46,043 nucleotides of DNA from a virus. Location: IMG/VR virus record IMGVR_UViG_3300025669_000006; one strand, written 5' to 3'. A program made the translations under genes and the position numbers. Shown in pieces: positions 29,200-40,100 of this stretch; position 1 is the first letter of the stretch; each line of letters starts with the position of its first letter. Under the pieces are notes generated by a model. It did not search any database, was not told the origin of the DNA, and saw nothing but the letters and a program-made list of their open reading frames with translations.

Positions 29200-31866
29200 C
29201 TAATTATCCTGGTAGCCAACCCGTAGCCAGAGCGTCCCCGCCCACACAAGATCAAGCACATCTAACTCACCCAGCACAATGTCCGCGCCGCCCAGGTCCG
29301 TGCCTGCCGCATCCTTCACGGTAATCGTGTATGTGTCTATGTTGATCAATCGAAGTTCTTGCCCCAGGGTCGTACCCGCGACAATCGCCGTAGCCGCGCT
29401 AGTGCTGACGTTTGTTGCCGCATCGATCACCACAAGCCCGCTGCCTCCGTGCGCGATAGTAGCGCCCGCGGTTACGGTGTCTGTGCCGGCATCGAGAACC
29501 ACCGCGCCCGTCACTGTGAGGCTGGTTGCTATGCTCAGGGCGTTCACAACGTAATCATCAGTAGAATCAATCGTGTCATTGTCTACGGTGGCGTCCTGGA
29601 TTTTGGCCCCGTCTATCAAGCCTGCCGCGCTAGTCAGCGTGTGTGCTCCGCTTCCTGCGATGAATGCGCCCGCCGTGGCCACGATGTCTCCTAGGGTCGC
29701 TACGATGTCTCCGGCGTCCGCGATGACGCCGCCTGTGGTCGCCACGAGGCCCGTCCCACCCGTGACTGTCTCGACGGCAGAGACAAGCCCTTGGGCGACG
29801 ACATCGTCGCCAGCCAGCATGTCATCGAAGGCAGAGACATCACCCGCCGCCGAAGCCACGTTGCCGGCGGCTGCTACGACCCCAGTTCCGCCCGTAACGG
29901 TTTCGACTGCCGACACCAGGCCGCCCGCAACAACGTCATCACCGGCGATCACGTCGTCAGAAGCGCTGATATCGTCTTGGGCAAAAACGTCACCTTCGAC
30001 TGAGAGCACAGACCCTCCGTAGGTGTTGGAATTTGTGATCGTGACCGTAGTATCGATGTAGATATCCCACTCTTGAACCCGTGCATTGTCCGTCTCTTCC
30101 GCGATCCAGACCTTGTTCCCGGCAAATGCAAAGCCGTCAGGGTCAATCAGATATCCGTCGCCTGATCCAGGCGCTGTGTTGTGACTGCCGATGGCCAGGC
30201 CAGTGTCAAGATCAAACACGTATAGGTAGCCGCTGGGCTTTAGTGCAAAGAGATACCCGTCAAAGACCTCGACATCCTCGTAGTAATCCGCACTCGGCCC
30301 AATTGCGGTGCCAGTGCTAGCCATTGTGCTAGTGTAGAAAACAAAAATCTTGTCGATGACAACGCTATCGTTTTCGCTCGCAACATATCCCAACACGCCG
30401 TCTATGTAAATCCCTGTCGGCTGTGGGTTTGACCAAGTAGGACCACTTAGCTTGTTGAGGCCGACTTCTGACACGTACACGCCCGCCGTGGTGAGTTTCT
30501 GAATTCTGTAATTTCCGAAGTCACAAACCCACAGATTGCCGTCTGCCTCAACCAGCCGCGCAACGCCATCGAACTCCCCGTCCCCAGTTCCGTTGGTTCC
30601 GAAGGATCGGATCGCCGTGCCGGTCGTCGAGAAGACGTACACGATGTCGTTGTCGAAGTCCGAGACGTAGACCTCGGGCGTCGCCGAAACGTGGATGTAG
30701 TACTGTGTACCCGCGCCCGTGATTGTCCAGTTGCGCACGTCTGCGCCGTCGAGGTCCAACACCTCCACCTTGTGCGTTGCGTTCACCGTCGTATAGAGCT
30801 CTGACCCGTAGTAGTCGATGTCGAAGCAATCATCGGTCCATTTTGAGTCATAGGCAAAATCCGGGATGCTTGTTGCGTCGATGGCAAAACTGCCCTCAAC
30901 CACAATGTTTCCACCCACCAAGAAGCTGTCCATCCCAAGCGTGCCGCTCACCTCACCTGTTCCGAGATCCACCGCGTTTGACGTGGATCCTGTCCCGACG
31001 AAGATAGAGGCCGTCAGCGTGTTGGATACCTGCGCATCTGTCAGCCCGGTGCCTACCATGACCGCAGGGAGTGTCCCGGTGGTGTCCACAGTCAAGTCGA
31101 TTGTGTCCTCGACCGCCAGCGTGCCCAGACCAAGGGACGTTCTTCCGGTACCCGCTACCAGTCCTGTTGCTCCGCCGTCCCACTTGAGCCTGTCGGTGTA
31201 GGCCGTGTCCCAGTTTGTGGAGTCCTCGACGGCGCTCTTCGAGAGCGTGCCGTCCGACAGGTCCGTTAGATAAGCGTTGAGCTGTTGGACATCAAGCGCT
31301 GTGCGCGCCGCGCTTGCCGTGGCTGCGCCTGTGCCGCCTTCGTTGATAGCCCATGGATTCGCAGTGTTGATCCAATCGGCTGCAATGGTTTCCCCTTCAT
31401 TCAGGAATCCGACGTTCGCGCCATTCTCAAGAGCCGCCGCCGCCGTGTTGTCCACTGGCTCCATCTTAGTCGTGCTGGAGTTGTACTGAACGAAGTCATC
31501 TGCCGCAACTCCCGCCAGATCGATCACCCCCGTACCGCCAACCCCAAGGTCGGACTGAAGCGCAACCAGGCTGGCCGTGCTTACGGTGTCCCCGTTGCCG
31601 CATTCAAGGCTCGTGTTTATGACTGAGGTGTTTGACTCGACCACGTTCGATGTCTCGAAGTAACCGTACTTGTCGATGTATCCGCCGCCATCTGCGTCAG
31701 CGATGCCACCCCCGAAGTTCGCTTCCTCAATCCATTCCGGGTTTGTTGGCGCGGCATACGCCGTCCGAAGCTCTGCTACGAAGCCCGCGCCGACTACAAG
31801 CGCGACGACTATCAGAATCCCGATCAATGCCTCTGCGAATATGTCTCTCTTCGGGGTCAAAAACAT
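29200..31866 (-). CDS. Large signal-anchored fibre-like protein with NHL-repeat beta-propeller region (888 aa)
   Basis: N-terminus ALIGILIVVALVVGAGFVA...AYA-AP. Fibre motif NEGGTGAATASAARTALDV. NHL-type unit GTNGTGDGEFDGVARLVEADGNLWVCDFGNYRIQKLT. 44-aa internal duplication AGDDVVA(G/Q)GLVSAVETVTGGTG. C-terminal module shared with 2073..2876. Confidence 0.75.
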   Translation of the reverse strand: MFLTPKRDIFAEALIGILIVVALVVGAGFVAELRTAYAAPTNPEWIEEANFGGGIADADGGGYIDKYGYFETSNVVESNTSVINTSLECGNGDTVSTASLVALQSDLGVGGTGVIDLAGVAADDFVQYNSSTTKMEPVDNTAAAALENGANVGFLNEGETIAADWINTANPWAINEGGTGAATASAARTALDVQQLNAYLTDLSDGTLSKSAVEDSTNWDTAYTDRLKWDGGATGLVAGTGRTSLGLGTLAVEDTIDLTVDTTGTLPAVMVGTGLTDAQVSNTLTASIFVGTGSTSNAVDLGTGEVSGTLGMDSFLVGGNIVVEGSFAIDATSIPDFAYDSKWTDDCFDIDYYGSELYTTVNATHKVEVLDLDGADVRNWTITGAGTQYYIHVSATPEVYVSDFDNDIVYVFSTTGTAIRSFGTNGTGDGEFDGVARLVEADGNLWVCDFGNYRIQKLTTAGVYVSEVGLNKLSGPTWSNPQPTGIYIDGVLGYVASENDSVVIDKIFVFYTSTMASTGTAIGPSADYYEDVEVFDGYLFALKPSGYLYVFDLDTGLAIGSHNTAPGSGDGYLIDPDGFAFAGNKVWIAEETDNARVQEWDIYIDTTVTITNSNTYGGSVLSVEGDVFAQDDISASDDVIAGDDVVAGGLVSAVETVTGGTGVVAAAGNVASAAGDVSAFDDMLAGDDVVAQGLVSAVETVTGGTGLVATTGGVIADAGDIVATLGDIVATAGAFIAGSGAHTLTSAAGLIDGAKIQDATVDNDTIDSTDDYVVNALSIATSLTVTGAVVLDAGTDTVTAGATIAHGGSGLVVIDAATNVSTSAATAIVAGTTLGQELRLINIDTYTITVKDAAGTDLGGADIVLGELDVLDLVWAGTLWLRVGYQDN

Positions 31867-31868
31867 GT

Positions 31869-32435
31869 CTATTCCCTTTCGGATTGTGTGTGTACCAGCG
31901 ACCTGATCGCTTCTATGTACCTGTCAGTAGTTCCAGCGCCTTTGGCGGTATTGTAAAATTGTTTCCAGTAAATTGCACGATCTTTCTCGGCAGCGGGCAC
32001 AGGGTCTGGGAATCGCATGTAATGAAGCCGCGCAAACAGACACGCCAGCCGGTCGCTTACGGCCACGGCTTGCAGGTGGTAGAGGCGGCTCGACCGCGCA
32101 AGCATCGAATCCAATAGCCAAGGCATTTGGCCTTCACCGCCCGGCCCGAGCAGCCACGCTTCACAGCGCCTATGCAGATCTTCACGTCTCCCCAAGTACT
32201 TCAGTGAGTCGTGAATGCTTCCGGCTTCGAGCTGCCACAGAGACCATCCGCCACCCGTGTTCGTCCAACTAAACCCGATCTGTCTGCGATGGATGAAGGC
32301 GGACTCTACTGCCGCTGTGCCCACCAGGAGCGCGGCCACGCGTCGAGCATATTCGTCCGAGGGCGGGGTCTTGCCGTAGACGCTCGCAGCACAGTCCATC
32401 GCGATTCCCTGAATCCTGAAGCATTGCTCTGTCAT
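31869..32435 (-). CDS. Lysozyme-like / lytic-transglycosylase-like protein (endolysin or virion lysin candidate, 188 aa)
   Basis: GTAAVESAF...GGGWSLWQLE resembles the SLT pattern ES...G(L/M)(M/W)Q. Call rests on position next to the holin-like genes. Confidence 0.45.
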   Translation of the reverse strand: MTEQCFRIQGIAMDCAASVYGKTPPSDEYARRVAALLVGTAAVESAFIHRRQIGFSWTNTGGGWSLWQLEAGSIHDSLKYLGRREDLHRRCEAWLLGPGGEGQMPWLLDSMLARSSRLYHLQAVAVSDRLACLFARLHYMRFPDPVPAAEKDRAIYWKQFYNTAKGAGTTDRYIEAIRSLVHTQSERE

Positions 32436-32444
32436 GGTGTGCTC

Positions 32445-33836
32445 CTATTGGTCCGAAAACGTTGCAGCCATGTCTATAACCGCATGCAAAACCGAAGGCG
32501 CACGCATTCGCCATCGCCCAAAACCACCAAGATAGAAGTCGTGAAACCAATAGGGTTCTATTAGATCTGGGTATGGGTATGGCTGTGGTATCACAACTGG
32601 AGAAAATGGCCCCGTATACTTAAACGGGTACCTTTCAAGAAATGTGCCTGACTCAGACAACCAAGAGGTCAGATGCAATGAAACCGTGATTGTCGTGATC
32701 TCTTGCGGGTGACTAAAGTCGATAGACTCCACCGTCTCTGGAGTATCATCCCCGGCGGGCAACACAATGTACTTTTTTGTTTCGTAGCTCTCGTAACCTT
32801 CAGGCAAATTGCCAAGATGGTCTCTGGTCGGTCCGTGTGTCATTTCCAGATTTACTGGCAGTCGCAAGTTCTGTGTCTGCTTTTCAGTGCTTCCAATCAG
32901 GCTGACTACCTCCCCTCCCAAAGAAACCGCCGCCACATCGAACAACACAGAGCTGCTTTCAATCTTCTGAACATCCCATTCGTATACGATTGGGAACACC
33001 GTTCTCTCTGTCTCGTGCCTCAAAAATGATGGGGATGTCCCCCCTTCGGGGAACGCTCCGAATAGGCTGATGCCCACATAGGAATCCACCTCACAGCGCC
33101 CTGGTGTCTCTTCTAGCGTTAGGCTTTTTCGATCAAATGCCTCCCATGCCTTCATGTCGAAGGATCCGTCCGTGTCGAGGCGGAGTTCATTTCCTTGCGG
33201 CGGGTCATCAAGCACGATCCATTCCGGAAATGGGGTTGGAAAAGGAAAGTGGATCGGGAATGGGCCTTCATTGGACTGGTTGAAATCATCAAGCGCCGGG
33301 TATGTGATGAACTCCCTATTGCGCGGTTGGACGTGTCCTGGGATGTCAACGAATCTATACCGCAGCAGATTCAGAATGTCACGCGCTACAACCCATGGCC
33401 TGTAGTCCTGCCATGACCGCGTATTGTTGTAGAAGTAATTGATGTCGATGTCTTCGCCCCACCTGGCGTAAACAGCCGACACGTCTACTGGGATGCGTTC
33501 GGTTGTGGCAGACGGATCGGTGAATCTTGGTATCAGCTGTCCTATTGCGACCCCCAGTCTGCCGAGGTTCCTTCGCAGCGCATACGAGATGGGATCGTGA
33601 TACGTGAAAGGACCGACGAGCGGAAAGCCGGCCATGTCTCCCTCGGTTGGATAATACTTTTCGCCCGTCTCGTCTGCATTTATAAGCCACAGTGTCTGAG
33701 GGCTTCCGTTAATAAGCTCTTCCCGTTCGTTGACGGCTCTAGCCAAAGCCACAAATATCGACATCAGGTCTTCATCTTCTGGCTGAAGGCGATTCATCCG
33801 CACTTCACTCCAGTTTCCAGCAAACGGCCACGGCAT
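32445..33836 (-). CDS. Tail-tip/baseplate-associated hypothetical protein (463 aa)
   Basis: Follows the Tal-like gene with a 2-nt gap. No motif recognised. Confidence 0.5.
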   Translation of the reverse strand: MPWPFAGNWSEVRMNRLQPEDEDLMSIFVALARAVNEREELINGSPQTLWLINADETGEKYYPTEGDMAGFPLVGPFTYHDPISYALRRNLGRLGVAIGQLIPRFTDPSATTERIPVDVSAVYARWGEDIDINYFYNNTRSWQDYRPWVVARDILNLLRYRFVDIPGHVQPRNREFITYPALDDFNQSNEGPFPIHFPFPTPFPEWIVLDDPPQGNELRLDTDGSFDMKAWEAFDRKSLTLEETPGRCEVDSYVGISLFGAFPEGGTSPSFLRHETERTVFPIVYEWDVQKIESSSVLFDVAAVSLGGEVVSLIGSTEKQTQNLRLPVNLEMTHGPTRDHLGNLPEGYESYETKKYIVLPAGDDTPETVESIDFSHPQEITTITVSLHLTSWLSESGTFLERYPFKYTGPFSPVVIPQPYPYPDLIEPYWFHDFYLGGFGRWRMRAPSVLHAVIDMAATFSDQ

Positions 33837-33838
33837 CT

Positions 33839-35644
33839 CTACGGCTCCTCTGGTGGAACGTAATCATCGAAAGGAGGCCAGTTAGTCATGCACACGACAT
33901 CCCCGTCGGTTGTAACAAAGTAAGCCCTGTCATCGTGCGTTGTGCAGAACTGGCCGGGCTCTATTGGGCCATCAATGCCAAACACAAGCGCTGACTTGTT
34001 AGAGGCTCTGCGTCGCGGCATGCCGCGGGGCGAAGAGTCGCCACGGGCATACTTGTTAAACGATTCCGTGCCGGGAGAGCCGTCCATTGATACCCGCTGA
34101 ACATTGACCGACGGCAGAGGAATTTCGTCTAGATCTGCGATTGCTTGTTGAAGCGCGGCGACTGCTTGTTGAAGCGCAAGTATGTCGGCAGCGATACCAT
34201 CAAGATTCCCATAATCTAATGCCGACTCCATGGCTCCCACGAGCGCGGCGTAGAGCGGATCGGCTATGTTTTCCAACGTATCGATCACGTCTTGCGTGCC
34301 GCCGGACTCACCTACGAACGCGTGCCCGTGGTCCCATCGTGCCGCAAAGTTCGTATCCCCATCGGAGCCCACGCTTGCGGAAACGGTCGGGTCTACCGGA
34401 GTGGGCAGGAACGCATCGTCTACCGGTGCCACAGGCGCGCCTCCGCCAGGCTGCGCCTGCGTAATTACGGTGTCAGCCATCCACTCGACCAGGCTCATCT
34501 CCAGATCGCCGAACTCCACCTCTACAATGTCCGGATCCAGGAGAGTGCGTGTCACCCGTACGATGTCGAAGCTCGCAGACCCGCCCGCTACCTCTGGATG
34601 CACGATGCGTGCCGAAGCCCCCACGACGATAGCATAGGCGCTCGAATACTCGTATTGTGCGAGCTGGCTTCGGTCTTGGACTACGCCCGCGAAACTCTGT
34701 CCCCCGTTCTGGCGTTTCGCTATCGTTTGCGCGCTGACATCCAACACGGCCTCTGAGCTTCGAAGGCTATCTATGGTCTCAGACCAATGGCAGGTCCCAT
34801 GCTTCGTGATGCTTGCGGGCCCGCCCTCAACCCAATCATCGTAGCCGAGCAGATCGCCAGTTGCGTAGCGTGTTGTTCTTTGATATTTCAGGCTGCCGCG
34901 TGTCGCGACGCGGTTGCGCACGTCGGAGTAGTCGTCCATCAAATGCAGCTCTAGGAGATTTGCATCCTTCGTGTATTCGACGCTCTTCGGCATTCCGAAG
35001 GCTGCGTCTTCCCAGTAGAACTGACCGCGCCCGTTGATTCGGAAGGCACCGCCTACCATGCCGAAAAGCCGCATCAATACGCCAAGCCCGTTGTCTTCCG
35101 TTGTGACTGAGATGGGTCGTTTAAGTAAGCGGATTGTGTTGGAAATCCTGCCGACCTTCAGGATTGGAGAGTTTACATTCGCCCAGCCGAGTATGGTGTC
35201 GATGTATGTCCGAATTGTAGTGGTGGCAGGGAACTCTACGTCTGACTCGGGATGCGTTTTGCTTAGTGCGCTGAGCAACGACAGACATCCCAGCGTTACG
35301 AATTCGCCGCCATCTGCGTCCGAGTCGTAGGCCCGCTGCCAAATCAGAAAGCTCTGATATAGAGAGCCGTCGCGGGAGTAGACCTGGATCGCGTATGGCC
35401 GGTCCAAATACTCGCGATACGTGTCGCCGTACGATACTTTGAGCTGCAACTCCCATGCACCGTTCTGCGTTTCGGTCAACACGGCCTCGACTACTTCGGT
35501 GAGCTGCCCGATGATCCGAAGGTCGCCCGTGCAAACGTAGATGCTCCATGCCTCTCGGTTGCCGAGCTGCTCAGGTGTGAGGAATTCACCGCCGCCCGGC
35601 ATTTGCCCGAGCGTCAGTGTCCCAAGTGTGCCCCCGATTGCCAT
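33839..35644 (-). CDS. Tal-like tail protein (prophage tail endopeptidase-type N-terminus), 601 aa
   Basis: The N-terminal pattern (I..L....A.LTETQNGAWELQLKVSY) and its size and position in the distal-tail block fit siphovirus Tal proteins. Confidence 0.55.
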   Translation of the reverse strand: MAIGGTLGTLTLGQMPGGGEFLTPEQLGNREAWSIYVCTGDLRIIGQLTEVVEAVLTETQNGAWELQLKVSYGDTYREYLDRPYAIQVYSRDGSLYQSFLIWQRAYDSDADGGEFVTLGCLSLLSALSKTHPESDVEFPATTTIRTYIDTILGWANVNSPILKVGRISNTIRLLKRPISVTTEDNGLGVLMRLFGMVGGAFRINGRGQFYWEDAAFGMPKSVEYTKDANLLELHLMDDYSDVRNRVATRGSLKYQRTTRYATGDLLGYDDWVEGGPASITKHGTCHWSETIDSLRSSEAVLDVSAQTIAKRQNGGQSFAGVVQDRSQLAQYEYSSAYAIVVGASARIVHPEVAGGSASFDIVRVTRTLLDPDIVEVEFGDLEMSLVEWMADTVITQAQPGGGAPVAPVDDAFLPTPVDPTVSASVGSDGDTNFAARWDHGHAFVGESGGTQDVIDTLENIADPLYAALVGAMESALDYGNLDGIAADILALQQAVAALQQAIADLDEIPLPSVNVQRVSMDGSPGTESFNKYARGDSSPRGMPRRRASNKSALVFGIDGPIEPGQFCTTHDDRAYFVTTDGDVVCMTNWPPFDDYVPPEEP

Positions 35645-36399
35645 TATCTGCGCACCCTCAAGTCAGTTATGTCCGCGTCCGTTATGGCCGATGTGGCTGC
35701 CAGCGTCAAGACACTTGCCAGCGCGATGCCTCCCGAACTCACGGCTGGGGTCGCCGGGGTTCCGGACTCTACGCCTGTCACTACGTTCACGCGGTCCAGA
35801 AGCCCGCCAGAGCCTCGCAGTAGCTCGATCACGTCTATGCGCTGCGTGGTCGCCGGGGCGACAATCACGGCGCTTGTGGCTTCCTCCAGGAGTCCCGCAA
35901 CACGCCCGTCAATCCAGGCGTGGCCCGGCTGAATCAAGACTGTCATGGCCTGGGGCGCGGATTCGCTCACAAGTAGCTCGCTCGGTGCTCCGTCCGAGTC
36001 GTAGCGCGGTATATGATCCACGGATCCGTCCGTCATCTTGAGCAGCATCGCCTCGATGTTTAGAACGTGCTGCTTGAGCGCGTTTGCCTCGAAGGCGCCG
36101 TAAGCGAACACCAGAAGCTCCCCAGCGGCGATGGCGCGGGCTGTCGCTGTCCGAACGAAAGTCAGTGTGTCCACCGTCACGTCCGTTATCAGAACCTCGT
36201 CAGAGCCCTGCCATACCTCGAAGGTTATCCTGTCAGCCGATGCGGCGTTGACCGCCCGGGCGCTCAGCCATCTGCCCGCTGGGATTGTCGGGATTTCAAG
36301 ACCCTCAGCGGCTTCGACCGTGCCTGTTGTGGCCACGGCCGTGATCGGAGCTGCAATGTTTAGAATCAGATAGTCAATGGCGGGCGCTGAGAGTTCCAT
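35644..36399 (-). CDS. Tail-associated hypothetical protein (251 aa)
   Basis: Inserted between the Dit-like and Tal-like genes. Its start is coupled to the neighbours. Confidence 0.5.
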   Translation of the reverse strand: MELSAPAIDYLILNIAAPITAVATTGTVEAAEGLEIPTIPAGRWLSARAVNAASADRITFEVWQGSDEVLITDVTVDTLTFVRTATARAIAAGELLVFAYGAFEANALKQHVLNIEAMLLKMTDGSVDHIPRYDSDGAPSELLVSESAPQAMTVLIQPGHAWIDGRVAGLLEEATSAVIVAPATTQRIDVIELLRGSGGLLDRVNVVTGVESGTPATPAVSSGGIALASVLTLAATSAITDADITDLRVRR

Positions 36400-36402
36400 A
36401 AT

Positions 36403-37188
36403 CTATACCTTGTGCCGTTCGTTGAATGTTACGTCAAGCGTTCCGGCGACGTTCGTAACCCTTATGCTGTTCGTGACTCGGGGGAGCAAATATGGGAAGG
36501 TTTCGGCAGTGTACCCGATCACTGGCGTATAGGTTATTCCGTCGGCGCTCCGAGACACCTGGCGTGCCGCCACGTCGATCTTGAGGTAGTCGCCATTTGT
36601 GAGCGTCGAAGTCAGCGTGAGGCTTGTGCCGGCTGTCACGTTTTCTAACTTCACAAGTCCCGTGACCGTCGTCGCGTGAATGATGTATATGGGCTCGGCC
36701 CGCCACGTCCCGACAGCAAGGTATGTGGGATGCGTGATATTGAGAGTGTGGGGCGAAGCTGCAATTATGGACGTTGGGATCGTGGTGAGCGTGTTGCGCA
36801 TCGCGAATGGGCTGGGGGCCAACCAGCCCATAGGGATCGTCTCTCCGGTGTCCCCCATTCCGATCAGCTCTGAATTCAAGACATCAACTGGGACGACATT
36901 CCAAAACCTGTCCGGCCATGGGTCGAGCTTCAGTGGTTGTGCCAGTTCGTAGTCGAGCAGATACTTGAGAGCGTCGAGCGCCGCCAGCACGTCAGCTCTC
37001 ACGCTGCGCTGAATAGCAAATTCTATCTGGATATTTGCCTCGCCCGCTGTGCCTGCCCCTATCGCGGCGCCTGGGGTAACACCCTTTGGCTGTACCGATC
37101 TGCGCAAGGAGCCCGCCAGAGACGCGCTCATGAGGCTACAATAGTAGGGATCCGCCGTGAGGTCTATTCCTGCATATTCAAAAGCCAT
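36403..37188 (-). CDS. Distal tail protein (Dit-like), 261 aa
   Basis: Starts 1 nt after the TMP stop. Size and the LKLDPWPDRFWNVVP-type segment fit siphovirus Dit. Confidence 0.55.
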   Translation of the reverse strand: MAFEYAGIDLTADPYYCSLMSASLAGSLRRSVQPKGVTPGAAIGAGTAGEANIQIEFAIQRSVRADVLAALDALKYLLDYELAQPLKLDPWPDRFWNVVPVDVLNSELIGMGDTGETIPMGWLAPSPFAMRNTLTTIPTSIIAASPHTLNITHPTYLAVGTWRAEPIYIIHATTVTGLVKLENVTAGTSLTLTSTLTNGDYLKIDVAARQVSRSADGITYTPVIGYTAETFPYLLPRVTNSIRVTNVAGTLDVTFNERHKV

Positions 37189-40100
37189 TTAGCTACCCAC
37201 CCTTGCCGCCTCAAGTCGTACCACTCTACCGAACTCACGGCCCAGCTTCTTGATGTCCGCCTCTTCCCTAACCGTCATAGATCCGTGGAAATGGAACTCT
37301 TGGGCTGCATCCTGGGCGCGGTTTTCCAGGCGTGACCTTTCGCGTGACCCGCCGCTTCGGGTCGCAGAGAATCCGGATCCTGCGCCCTGGAGTATCGGCG
37401 CGGCTGCCGCAACGATTGCGTTACGCCCTTCCGCCATAGCTGCCTGTGGTCTCGGCAGGATGGCTCCCGTGGCGGACATTCCGTAATTGATGTTTTCCGC
37501 GATCCGCCCGCGTGCCTCGACGGCCACTCGCCCTATGGCCTCCCAATTGTTGCGCCACCCAGGCATCCACTTTGCAAAGCCTTGCTCTACTTGCTGTATG
37601 AGCGAAGGGCTGCCCGTCTGTGACGGGTCGGTTGCGTATTGCATGGCCTGGCGAAATGCTTCCGCCTCACGCTTCAGGTCTGCGAAGAATGCCTCATACT
37701 CGCCTTTCTGCATGCCCAGGCCGTTGGCTGTGGCTATGGCCTGCTTCTCGAAATTATCGATCATCGCGTCTGTGTCATCATTCATCAATCCAAGCTTGAA
37801 ATCAGAAACGGCCTGTGCCTGTTTCTTTGCGTCTGCCCCTTCGACTTCCGCAGCCTTGACAAATTTCTCAAGCTGCGCGTCCTTCTCCGCGCCCAACAGC
37901 TCTGTGAGCTTCTTTTCGTGATCGACTATTTTCTCCGTCCCCTTCCTGTACCGAGACGCCTTATTCCGCGCCAGCCATTGCTCATGTGTGAGGACTTCGG
38001 TGCCATGCGCTTTCAGAGAGCTGAGGCTTGTTGATCTGTTTGTGGCCCACAAGTCGTCGCTATCCCGAATCTGAGCTTCTAGGCTCTGCGTTTGGGCGTC
38101 CGCGAACCACAACTGTGTTTCCTGAATTTCCGCAAGCCGTAGCTCTTCTTTGTACGCAGCCGCATCCTTTGCGTCCATGCCCGTAGCGATCCGATATTGT
38201 TCGCGGGCGAAAAACTCCTCCTCACCTGCATCACGCTCCGCCTGAAGCTGCTGCAATCGGCGAAGTGTAGAAACTGACGCGTCAAGCCCCTCCTCAAGCA
38301 ATACGTTCTTGAGCCGCGCTATCTCACGTTCTTTATGTTCCGCCCACTCAAACTGATCGGAGCGCTCTTTGAACCAGTCTGTTGTGTACGTGCGCTCTTT
38401 CTCCACGGCCTCTGCCTTTGCAACGGCGACAACCTCGATACCTTCCAGTTCTCGGATCTTCGCTTCCCGTTCCGTCTCTCCCAGAAGGCTTATGTCAAAG
38501 ATCTGCTGAGCGGTGATTCCAGATAGCGCCACGGCCCGCGCCTGTGCGTTGTCCATGCCCAGCGTCAGGCGCGCCTCTGAAGCCGCGATCAACTGCTCTC
38601 GCGTGAGTGCCGCGGCTATGTCGGCTTTGATGGCACCTTCCTTTGTGGCCTGGACTTGCCGGTTGATGTAGTCCGTGCGCTGCGCCAGATCCATCTCTTT
38701 CATGGCTTCGTTGCTCAGCACTATGCCTTTCTCTCGCAGCTTGGTGATGTACTTGTTTTGCATCTCGAAGGAATCGGCAAGGACTTCTGCACTGCGCTTA
38801 TGGGCTTTGTTGGTCTCGTAAATTGCCTTCGCGCTTTGATACAGCTCGTATGTGGTGAAGCCGATAACTGAGGCCGCAATAGTGAACGCGCCAGCGGCGG
38901 CCATCGCTCCAGCAACGGTCACGCCGGCAAGCATTGCGCCGACGCCTGTTGCAGCGACGCCTGTTGCTGTGGTGGTTGCTGTGAGCGCGGCAAAACTTGT
39001 GCCTGTTGCGGCTACGGCGGTTGTCGTGGCAGCAGCGGCGGCAGTAGTGGTTGCGGCGGCGGTTGTGGCGGCGGCGCCCACAGCCGTCCAGCCTGTGGCC
39101 AGGCCGACAAGCCACCCCACAACCTTCAAACCCGCTAGGCCTTTCCAGACGGCGAAAAGAGTACTAGACGTTTTCAGTATGAGCCCGAGCGGCAAGGCCA
39201 ACAACATGAGCCCCACAGCGATCTTCGTGATGGCTCCCCCGACCGGGGTCTTCACAAACCACCCAAATAGATTCACTATGGGCCTGAGCCATTCGATTGT
39301 GGTCTTTAGAATAGGCAGGAGCAATGCGCCCATGTCGATGGCCAGGCGTCGGATCGTTGCTTGCATCTGGTCGTATGCCAGCTTCGGGTTTTCCTTCTTG
39401 AACTTCTCCCACTCAACCATCATGTCGGCCTGTGCTGTCCCCATTCCTTCGACCGCCTGCTTGAACTTGGCGGCTCCGCCTTCGCTGGCCTGCGAAAGCA
39501 TTATATTGAGACCCTCGACCGATCCGAACATGGCCGCCATCATGGTTAGTTGATCTTCACTTACGCTTTCGAGCCCTTTGTAAGTGTCCTTCAGGCCGGA
39601 GAGCTCTTTCTTGAATTCCTTTGTCCCGCCCTCAGCTTCCTCCATCGCCGCGATCTGCTCTTTCATCTTGTCACGCTGCTCTACGAGTGCTGGGCCTTGC
39701 TCTTGGATCTTCTCAGTTAGCTCCGCGACGAACCCACCCAGTCCTTTCGCCTTTAGCCCGCTGGCGGAGAAATCAAACCCCATGGCCTTCGACAACGCCG
39801 TCGCTTCCTTCGTCGGCTTCAGGATGGACGTAATGGCAGCCTTGAGTCCGGAGATGGCCTCACTCGTCTTGATGCCCTGACTTGTGGAGGTGGCGATGGA
39901 GGCAAATAGCTCCTCCATGGAGATACCGGCTTGAGATGCGATTGGGGCCACGCGGCCCATCACAGATCCAAGCTCACCGATTGTGGTCTTGCCCAGCTTA
40001 ACAGCCTTCGTGGCCAGCCCCATTATGTTGCTGAACTTCTCTTGATCGTTGGCCCCTGCCACCGCAGCGCGCCCGTATGCATTCAGTAGACTTGTTCCAA

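Noticed and set aside
29700-29950. Diversity-generating retroelement: near-identical internal repeats in the 888-aa protein and a shared C-terminal module with 2073..2876 as a possible TR/VR pair.
   Set aside because: No reverse transcriptase ORF is present anywhere. The repeats are in-frame tandem or paralogous protein duplications. Their differences are not restricted to adenine positions.
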